From Paraphysomonas bandaiensis (Eukaryota; Protista; Chrysophyceae), in assembly GCA_965644295.1 (NCBI GenBank), contig CBFFRP010000521.1:1-8499 (forward strand): DNA of 8,499 nt. The letters are read 5' to 3'. The notes under the pieces were generated by a model. The model did no database searches and had not been told where the DNA came from. It saw only the letters and a program-made list of their open reading frames with translations. The position numbers and the translations under genes were made by a program. This document shows, piece after piece, positions 1-8,499 of this stretch (positions are counted from its first letter, which is position 1; the number at the start of each line of letters is the position of its first letter).

Positions 1-548
1 CCGGCAACGCAAACGGGAGTTGGATATTTTTAAACCTTAAAACAAATAAAGATGGTGGTAGTAGGACCAACTGGGTGAAAGATGGCGACCACGCAAATAG
101 TAATAGACGCCGTGAATAGAATATCGTCGTCAGGACAACAAGTCACAAGACTCACCTGTCACGACCAGTGAAGAATGAGAGTCTTCGAGAGATCGAGGAT
201 ACCACGCCACCAGCTGGAGAATGACAAGATCGATAAAGCCGAAGGAGCCTCACGAGGAGGGGCAGATGACAGCCATTGACACAGACGAAGGGCACGGCCA
301 CACAGAAGAGAGAGAGAGAACAAAAATCACGGAAACCAGTCGACGATGATGGCGACAGGGCTGATGGGCCGGAGCGAGACAGGGAGCCGGGCACTGCAGC
401 ACCCAACGACATCGACGATCCGGAAATTACAGGGGTGGAAACTACAGGGATGACACACAATACAAGCGAAGTACTATCATCACCATCAGCCGGAGCAAAG
501 GATGGCGGCAAGGCACAAGAAGAAAGCCCGTAATGTATCGAGCCTACT

Positions 549-1560
549 CACACAAGCGTAACCAAAGGCTTGAAGGAACACGGCAAAGAAGCCTACCCTG
601 GCGATAGTAAGGGAGCTGAAGCAGCTGCTGCATGAAAAAAGGCGATAGTTCCAGTACACCGATGAAGTGACGTCGCAGGAGACTCGCTCAAATGACCAAC
701 TGATCAGCTGATGTTCTTGCAGACGGAAATGACCGACGGACTCGGCAGGTTCGAGAAAATCAAGGCGAGGCTGGTTGCGAACGGGGCACAGCAGGACCGG
801 AAACTGTACCCAGACACGTCGTCACCCACTGTGGCCCATACAGTCAGTATTTGCATGCCTAGCAATAGCAGCGAGAGAGGGAGACATGTATCGACAATTG
901 ATATAGGTGGTGCATACCTCAATGCGGAGATGTCAGGCGAAGAGGTGACAATGGAATTTGGAGCCGATGTTGGCCAGTCAACACTCAGAAAACTAGACCC
1001 CACAATCCAGCCGTATGTTGAGATGAAAGAGGCAAAATATTGGTGCGCGCTAGACAAAGCGTTACATGGATGCGTGCAGAGCGCAAAGCTCTGGTATGAC
1101 ACGATAAGAGCTTACCTGGAAAGCATTGGTTCGTGGCTAACCCGGTGGATCAGTGTGTTCTCAATAGGACTGTCAACGTAGCAAGCAGTTGCACTATAAC
1201 ACTACACGTGGACGATCTGCACAGTGCTATTATCACAAGACAAGCGTGACGCCAGAGCGGTTGGTGGAACAACTAAAGAAGCAATATGGTGAGGGTAAAA
1301 TACTGTGATGACAAAGACATGTCGTATTTAGGCATGCATGTGAGGCATGACAGATGACAGGGCAGTGGTGTCGAATGAGGGCTTACCTAGGACGGAGTGC
1401 TGGAGGAGGCAGCGGTCACTGGCAGAGCAGCATCTCCAGCGACATCATCACTGTTCGCACAGGGCATAGGACAGAAATTGGGAGGAAGGGAGGCTGCCAA
1501 CTTCCATTCAGTGGTGGCCAAATTGGTATATCTATCGATAAGAGTTAGACCAGACATCCC
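549..1560 (+). pseudogene. Copia reverse transcriptase domain (RVT_2 type), frameshifted
   Basis: Motifs HTSVTKGLKEHGKEAY..AIVRELKQL (from 549), FEKIKARLVANGAQQ, SSPTV, IDIGGAYLNA and LDKALHGCVQSAKLWY (711-1181 ORF); catalytic H-V-D-D at 1205-1216 in another frame; later SYLGM and FHSVVAKLVYL..RVRPDI. End coordinate approximate. Confidence 0.92.
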
Positions 1561-1648
1561 TGCTCAAGTATAGCGCACCTGTCACGGCAAGGGTGAAGGG
1601 TCCGGCGAATCGGAGATCAGCAGAAGTTGGATCGAGTGCTGTAATACC

Positions 1649-2161
1649 TTGCGCACACAAGGGAGTCGAGATCTGCAGCTGAAGATCGGAGAACAGCTGC
1701 GGGTAAGAAGCTTCATCGACGCTTCGTTCGCCACCCACGAAGACGGAAAAGGGCATACAGGCGTAGTTGTACAGCTTGGAGGGGCCACAGTACTATGCCG
1801 ATCAACTAAGCAACGAATCGTGACGAAAGACTCGACCGAATCCGAGCTGGTCGGCCTATCTGATATGATGTCTAATGCAATGAGATTACATGAGTTTGTG
1901 TGTGGGCAGGGCTATGCGCTTGACCCACCTGTTATTTATCAGGACAACTTGTCGAATCTCAGTCTCGTAACGAAAGGAGGAGGCAAATACCGATCGAAAT
2001 ATCTACGAGTAAGGCAGGCTTTAGTCGAAGAACACCATGATAGGGGAGACGTGAAGCTTCAGTACTTACCTACAGGAGAGATGTTGGCTGATGTGCTGAC
2101 TAAACCCCTACAAGGAAAATTGTTTCGTCATTTGATATGTCTGATCGTTGGGAACGAGTAG
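1649..2161 (+). CDS. Ty1/copia RNase HI domain (uninterrupted C-terminal segment of pol, not an independent gene)
   Basis: Canonical copia RNase H motifs: FIDASFATHEDGKGHTG, STKQRIVTKDSTESELVGLSD, IYQDN, MLADVLTKPLQG. Confidence 0.93.
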   Translation: MRTQGSRDLQLKIGEQLRVRSFIDASFATHEDGKGHTGVVVQLGGATVLCRSTKQRIVTKDSTESELVGLSDMMSNAMRLHEFVCGQGYALDPPVIYQDNLSNLSLVTKGGGKYRSKYLRVRQALVEEHHDRGDVKLQYLPTGEMLADVLTKPLQGKLFRHLICLIVGNE

Positions 2162-2170
2162 ACACATCAC

Positions 2171-2177
2171 AGGGGTG
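2171..2177 (+). other. Polypurine tract (plus-strand primer) AGGGGTG
   Basis: Short purine-rich run 10 nt after the pol stop and directly before the LTR-like block, the expected PPT position. Confidence 0.65.
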
Positions 2178-2379
2178 CGTAGAGGAATGAGAGGATGTTC
2201 TTTTCAGTTTAGTACTTGAAGTGACTGTATAAGATATGCATAGGGCACATAGAGGTGTATGGTGTAATATTATGCAGTGTGTAGTGTACGGCTGTAGAAT
2301 AGAGGCATAATTTCCTCTTACTGAGAAGTTCTGTAGTAAACTATAAAGAGAACCTTGCTTTGACTACCTGTAGTGTAGA
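2176..2379 (+). repeat. 3' LTR, left part (U3 side)
   Basis: Non-coding; begins TGCGTAG (or CGTAG at 2178) right after the PPT and ends at the GTGTAGA direct repeat. Confidence 0.6.
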
Positions 2380-2880
2380 CTGTGTGAAAGCAACGGGGGT
2401 ATTCCGTCCGTTTATTGATTTGTAACATCCGTAACATTCGACCGAGTACCGTATTTTTCTCTGCGTACATACATACATACATACATACATACATACATAC
2501 ATACATACATACATACATACATACATACATACATACATACATACATACATACATACATACATACATACATACATACATACATGGCATATATACATACATA
2601 CATACATACATACATACATACATACATACATACATACATACATACATACATACATACATACATACATACATACATACATACATACATACATACATACATA
2701 CATGGCATATATACATACATACATACATACATACATACATACATACATACATACATACATACATACATACATACATACATACATACATACATACATACAT
2801 ACATACATACATACATACATACATACATACATACATACAATACATACATACATACATACATACATACATACATACATACA

Positions 2881-2912
<32 letters not shown>

Positions 2913-5038
2913 CATACATACATACATACATACATACATACATACATACATACATACATACATACAGTACATACATACATACATACATACATACATACAT
3001 ACATACATACATACATACATACATACATACATACATACATACATACATACATACATACATACATACATACATACATACATACATACATACATACATACAT
3101 ACATACATACATACATACATACATACATACATACATACATACATACATACATACATACATACATACATACATACATACATACATACATACATACATACAT
3201 ACATACACATACATACATACATACATACATACATACATACATACATACATACACACATACATACATACATACATACATACATACATACATACATACATAC
3301 ATACATACATACATACATACATACATACATACATACATACATACATACATACATACATACATACATGGCATATATACATACATACATACATACATACATA
3401 CATACATACATACATACATACATACATACATACATACATACATACATGGCATATATACATACATACATACATACATACATACATACATACATACATACAT
3501 ACATACATACATACATACATACATACATACATACATACATACATACATACATACATACATACATACATACATACATACATACATACATACATACATACAT
3601 ACATACATACATACATACATACATACATACATACATACATACATACATACATACATACATACATACATACATACATACATACATACATACATACATACAT
3701 ACATACATACATGGCATATATACATACATACATACATACATACATACATACATACATACATACATACATACATACATACATACATACATACATACATACA
3801 TACATACATACATACATACATACATACATACATACATACATACATACACACACACATACATACATACATACATACATACATACATACATACATACATACA
3901 TACATACATACATACATACATACATACATACATACATACATACATACATACATACATACATACATACATACATACATACATACATACATACATACACACA
4001 TACATACATACATACATACATACATACATACATACATACATACATACATACATACATACATACATACATACATACATACATACATACATACATACATACA
4101 TACATACATACATACATACATACATACATACATACATACATACATACATACATACATACATACATACATACATACATACATACATACATACATACATACA
4201 TACATACATACATACATACATACATACATACATACATACATACATACATACATACATACATACATACATACATACATACAGTACATACATACATACATAC
4301 ATACATACATACATACATACATACATACATACATACATACATACATACATACATACATACATACATACATACATACATACATACATACATACATACATAC
4401 ATACATACATACATACATACATACATACATACATACATACATACATACATACATACATACATACATACATACATACATACATACATACATACATACATAC
4501 ATACATACATACATACATACATACATACATACATACATACATACATACATACATACATACATACATGGCATATATACATACATACATACATACATACATA
4601 CATACATACATACATACATACATACATACATACATACATACATACATACATACATACATACATACATACATACATACATACATACATACATACATACATA
4701 CATACATACATACATACATACATACATACATACATACATACATACATACATACATACATACATACATACATACATACATACATACATACATACATACATA
4801 CATGGCATATATACATACATACATACATACATACATACATACATACATACATACATACATACATACATACATACATACATACATACATACATACATACAT
4901 GGCATATATACATACATACATACATACATACATACATACATACATACATACATACATACATACATACATACATACATACATACATACATACATACATACA
5001 TACATACATACATACATACATACATGGCATATATACAG
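2380..5038. mobile_element. Putative non-autonomous microsatellite-bearing insertion (CTGT...ACAG) flanked by a 7-bp direct repeat GTGTAGA
   Basis: GTGTAGA at 2373-2379 and 5039-5045. Termini CTGTGTGAAAGCAACG vs reverse-complemented CTGTATATATGCCATG match at 10/16. Content is an 86-bp unique head plus the (TACA)n array, with no credible coding capacity. Confidence 0.65.
2466..5037. repeat. ~2.57-kb (TACA)n/(TGTA)n tetranucleotide array with nine TGGCATATA interruptions
   Basis: Directly visible. The GG of each interruption lies at 2583, 2704, 3367, 3448, 3713, 4567, 4804, 4901 and 5026. Minor variants: extra A ~2840, TATA ~2910, TACAG at 2967 and 4281, CA runs at ~3206, 3252, 3847 and 3995. 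Confidence 0.99.
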
Positions 5039-5045
5039 GTGTAGA

Positions 5046-5324
5046 TGGATGTGTTCTTGGGACTTGGAGAAGGCGAAGTGGTTACTGCGATAAGGTGGTA
5101 TGCATAGGCTCATTTAAGCAGCATGAGCTTCAACTATGAGCGCGTGCACCCAAGAGAGTACGATGAGAATACTCATCTGCAGATCGGGTCGTACTCAGAG
5201 AGCAAGAGGTGGAGTGTGGACCGTAAGCTGGAGTCCAGATACTACTGCAGGTGCTGTATGTGATAGGGCCGTATGAGACACAGTGTTGCAGATGTAGCGC
5301 AAGATATAACTATCCTACCTATCA
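5046..5324 (+). repeat. 3' LTR, right part (R/U5 side), ending ...TATCCTACCTATCA
   Basis: Similar GT/AG-rich non-coding composition to 2176-2379 and a CA terminus. Joining the halves gives a ~483-bp LTR with loosely inverted ends (TGCGTAGAGGA vs reverse complement TGATAGGTAGGA). The predicted 5-bp TSD would be TTTGT (5325-5329). Confidence 0.5.
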
Positions 5325-5447
5325 TTTGTCTCTGTTGTGGTCTTATCTTTATACGGGTTGTTAGGGTTAGGAGTTGGGATGACTGTGTGGCCATATGCAA
5401 TGTAAGTGGGACTGTGAGGGAGTGCGGTAATTGATATATGATGTCAG

Positions 5448-7888
5448 ATGAAATGCTTCTTCGCTACTGCTATGTTGGCTGTTTTCATCGCTCTCACTGT
5501 CGTTTCGGTCAAATTCTACATCGCAAGCTGGGGATTTGTTCCAGCCGCAAACAATTTCGACTACATAGTCATCGGTAACAACTGTTTAATTGTATTAGTG
5601 TGAACGCTGATATCTATAACAGGCGGTGGACCAGCGGGGGCTATAATGGTATTTTAGAGATTGTTCGTGAAAATGAGCTATTTAACACCTTCCCGATTGC
5701 AGACTCGGCGCTTGGTAGACAGTGGGAGAAGTGTTTTGTTGTTGGAGGCAGGTCAGGCGACCCAATATGATATTGGAGGTACTGTCCTTGTTTTTAGAAC
5801 ATAATATTTACATATATGCGTAGGAAGAGACTATTTTGGTGGCCCCATCACACGATTCGATATTCCTTTGTTTTGGCCCTCTATTTCTAGATATCCTGAG
5901 TACCACTGGCAGGTAATGTTACCTTTTATTTGAGCTACATGTGAATTGCTTTTGCCCTTCAGGGATTCAATCAGCTGAATGTACTGCAAGTAAAAGGACT
6001 GGGGGGTTGTGGTGTACACAATGCGATGCTCTATGTGCGCTGCCTTCAAGAAGATATTCGACGCTGGAACATGTCATCTGAAGGATGGTCTTGGTCGACT
6101 GTATTGCAGGCTTATAAATCTCTGGAGAACTATGTACCTTCAACCGTGAGTGAACAGCGTCATGGCATTCCGGATTTTCACGGCACTGGGGGTGCTCGTA
6201 CGCTTACCACATCCCGTCCTGTTGTAGTGGACCCAGTGTCCAAAGAGTTCATATCTGCAGCAGTGCAAGCTGGACTGAAGGAGGTAGTTGATTTCAATGC
6301 ACCCGGCCCTGGTGCGCGGGTAGGGGTAGGGTACTATCACTTCAACATTAAAGATGGAACTCGAGATAGCGCTGCTCGACGATTTCTTGCACCATTGCTA
6401 CATCATGGTGCAGGTGTTGATGTTGAAGAGAGAGAACAGGAAGCTTCTAAAACTTCCACAAGACCTCTCCTATCTCTTGAGCTTGGAGCAGAGGCTCACA
6501 AGATCCTGCTACAGAGCACTGGAGGAGGTTCAGGCCTTAAAGCTGTGGGTGTTGAATACTCTCAAGGAGGGGTAATGAAGAGGGCGTTCCTCAAAACACG
6601 TGAGAATGGAGAAGTGCAGGAAGCTCTAAGTGTGATTGTCGCTGCTGGAGCTATTCTCACCCCCAAGGTATTAATGGTGAGCGGAATTGGCCCGGCCTCT
6701 GAGCTAAAAAAGGCTGATATACCACTTAAAAAACACGCTCCTTTGGTTGGAAAAAAACTACAAGACCACCCTGCAGTAGGATTGATTTTCAAAGTTGGAC
6801 CGGCTCTCGCAGCAAGTGAGTCTAGATTCCATTAGTCCCTTTTATTCCCCTGCTGTAATTTACTGACACCTTTGTCGCAGAATACCCCAGTGCTTATTCA
6901 ATTGGTTCTCATTGGAATAATTACATTGCTGCGATCGAGTCATCACGTTCAGGTCACGCTGTACCTCCTCTAGATTTTGGAGTACTTGGTACTCCAGGTT
7001 TCTCCGCGGGGGGATTTTTGGCTTCGCCCTATGCCCGCAGCCCCTCCGAGCCTGATATACAGCTCACGGTCTTTCCTATGGTGCGTACTATGTGTTTATG
7101 TTGGCTATAATTTACGATTTGTAACAGGTTTCAGAACCACATCTGATCAAAGAGTCTAAGGAACCGCTACAAAAGAATACCAGTGACACAGCGCAAGGAA
7201 CGATGGTAGAAGATCACCGGATGCTCATTACTCTTTCTCTCCTCCATGTGGATGGTACCTACGAGGTTACCCTTAACCACTCTAATCCTCATGCTGTCCC
7301 TGTGCTTTCTCTTCCTCCGGGGTCAACAGAATATCTTTCAAGGCGAGACATCATGGCCCTCTCTTGGGCAGTCAAACAGGTCCGTTACATTGCAGCTACC
7401 CCTCCTCTTAGTAACCTCACACTGGGTGAACTTACCCCTGGGCGGGGTGTGGAAGGAAGCGAACTCCAGCAATGGGTATGTAATTACTTCTTGGTTGGCA
7501 TTGTATTTGAAGTCTGACTGATGTAGATCCGTGACAATGTCGTCAGCAATAGCCATTGGGTAGGAACAGTCAGTATGGGACCCACACATTCCATGGGTGG
7601 TAGAAAATCAAATAGCGACAGCTCTGACGACACCTCGGTATTAGACTCGCGCATGAGAGTGCGCGGGGTTACTAACCTGAGAGTTGCTGGTTAGTCTCGT
7701 GGTCTTATATATTATATATGGATATATTTCTCACTTGATGTGCAGATTCTTCTGTTATGCCGTCCATACCAAATGGGAATGTGCATTCGACAGTAGTTAT
7801 GATCGCCTCTAGGGCTGCGGATATGATTATCGCTGATTACAAGGCGGAAAAAGACAGATGGAAGTACAAATCGTTGCTGCGGCGATAA
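5448..7888 (+). CDS. GMC (glucose-methanol-choline) FAD-dependent oxidoreductase, 9 exons, 674 aa, N-terminal signal peptide/anchor
   Basis: Exons 5448-5574, 5623-5648, 5703-5778, 5824-5912, 5963-6815, 6881-7080, 7128-7475, 7527-7689 and 7746-7888 (2025 nt) join in frame via GT-AG introns of 48, 54, 45, 50, 65, 47, 51 and 56 bp. Motifs: FDYIVIGGGPAGA (Rossmann), [107 protein letters not shown]. N-terminus MKCFFATAMLAVFIALTVVSV is hydrophobic. Confidence 0.93.
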
Positions 7889-8499
7889 ATGTTGTAGTGA
7901 CAAGTACCGAAGTATGTGCATAAACTTGTATATTATACTACCTTTATGTCAATTTTGAAATTTGCGAACTATTTTTATACTTGTATTGATAGGTTCTATT
8001 AAAAATTATTCCCACTTCACTTATATATCATTAGCTAGAATCCTTAACAAACGAAGTGTTGAACTTGGTTGAAAACGAGGAGGGCGGGTTGCCTCGTTAC
8101 GCTTTCTAAACATCGAAGCCTTCATCTTGGGATATGCATGCTCTCTGTGCTTTCTCAGGAACTGTAGCTGCGTTTCCAGGGTTTTTGGTGATGCTCAATG
8201 ACCGCGTCTGTGGCTGTTAACATCTTTGATGCCTCTGTCATCTTCCGATTGGTAAAACCACCGCTCGACCACTTGAAAATACTATGCCTTCCGTCTGGAG
8301 TATGGTAGACTTAGGTCAAGCAGTTCTCGTGTTCTCGTAGCGTTAAATAGTAGGATATCAGAGTTTGCACAGGTTAGTGGTTAGTAAATGGTGGATATTT
8401 ATCTAGCTCGTAGTCTAGTATTTTCATCTATCTACTAATCTGGTTCTGACTATTGAACGCCTATCGCTAATAAACAGACATTCACATTTTAAAATTAAT

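Larger units (their letters stand above)
1..2161 (+). pseudogene. pol: Copia polyprotein (pol) remnant with multiple frameshifts
   Basis: From nt 3: GNANGSWIFLNLKTNK / RTNWVK / MATTQIVIDAVNRI (post-integrase SH3-like segment). A low-complexity acidic linker follows (276-533), then RT and RNase H motifs in different frames; stop TAG at 2159-2161. Confidence 0.9.
1..5324 (+). mobile_element. Ty1/copia LTR retrotransposon, 3' portion (5' part outside window); degenerate pol, PPT and an interrupted 3' LTR
   Basis: Domain order is post-integrase region > RT > RNase H, the copia order. A purine-rich tract follows the pol stop, then an LTR-like non-coding block ending ...CCTATCA at 5324. The right boundary is inferred because the 5' LTR is not available for comparison. 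Confidence 0.85.

Noticed and set aside
152-1788. Minus-strand ORFs 152-511, 704-1102, 1532-1756, 1582-1788 and + ORF 1354-1548
   Set aside because: Antisense or out-of-frame shadows of copia pol with no recognisable motifs.
2466-5037. CRISPR-like array (invariant motif with spacers) or telomere
   Set aside because: The 'spacers' are pure TACA of irregular length, there are no cas genes, and the context is eukaryotic. The array is interstitial, with unique sequence on both sides, and lacks a G-rich telomeric strand.
2381-5037. Reading the insertion as a TGT...ACA solo LTR or Ginger-type element
   Set aside because: With those ends the flanks (GTAGAC vs GGTGTA) give no 4-6 bp TSD; the CTGT...ACAG boundaries give an exact 7-bp repeat.
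2318-5139. Six long ORFs (780-931 aa) of YIHT/MYVC repeats
   Set aside because: (TACA)n and its interruptions contain no stop codon in any frame, so open frames on both strands are a trivial consequence of the repeat.
5831-7921. Small alternative ORFs overlapping the GMC gene
   Set aside because: Explained as shadow frames of GMC exons; 6026-6835 and 7203-7517 are parts of exons 5 and 7.
8074-8098. Hairpin AACGAGG-N11-CCTCGTT
   Set aside because: A single 7-bp stem is expected by chance, and there is no terminator or transposon-end context.
8025-8345. Possible minus-strand exon remnants downstream of the GMC gene
   Set aside because: Only ~50-55-codon open stretches, interrupted by stops, with no recognisable motif or convincing splice structure.

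Overview
Eukaryotic genomic DNA; a protist/alga, possibly a stramenopile, is inferred from the 45-65 bp GT-AG introns and the copia clade. Left: the 3' half of a frameshifted Ty1/copia LTR retrotransposon (+ strand), with a post-integrase region, RT (HVDD), an intact RNase H, a PPT and a probable 3' LTR (~2176-5324). The LTR is split by a 2659-bp insertion (2380-5038) flanked by an exact 7-bp direct repeat (GTGTAGA). The insertion is an 86-bp unique head with a hairpin, followed by a ~2.57-kb (TACA)n array interrupted nine times by TGGCATATA, the last copy forming the insertion's right terminus. Just 123 bp past the putative LTR end begins an intact 9-exon, 674-aa GMC oxidoreductase gene with a signal peptide/anchor, a His/Asn catalytic pair and a GGCxxHN motif suggesting covalent FAD. 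The long YIHT/MYVC ORFs are artefacts of the microsatellite.
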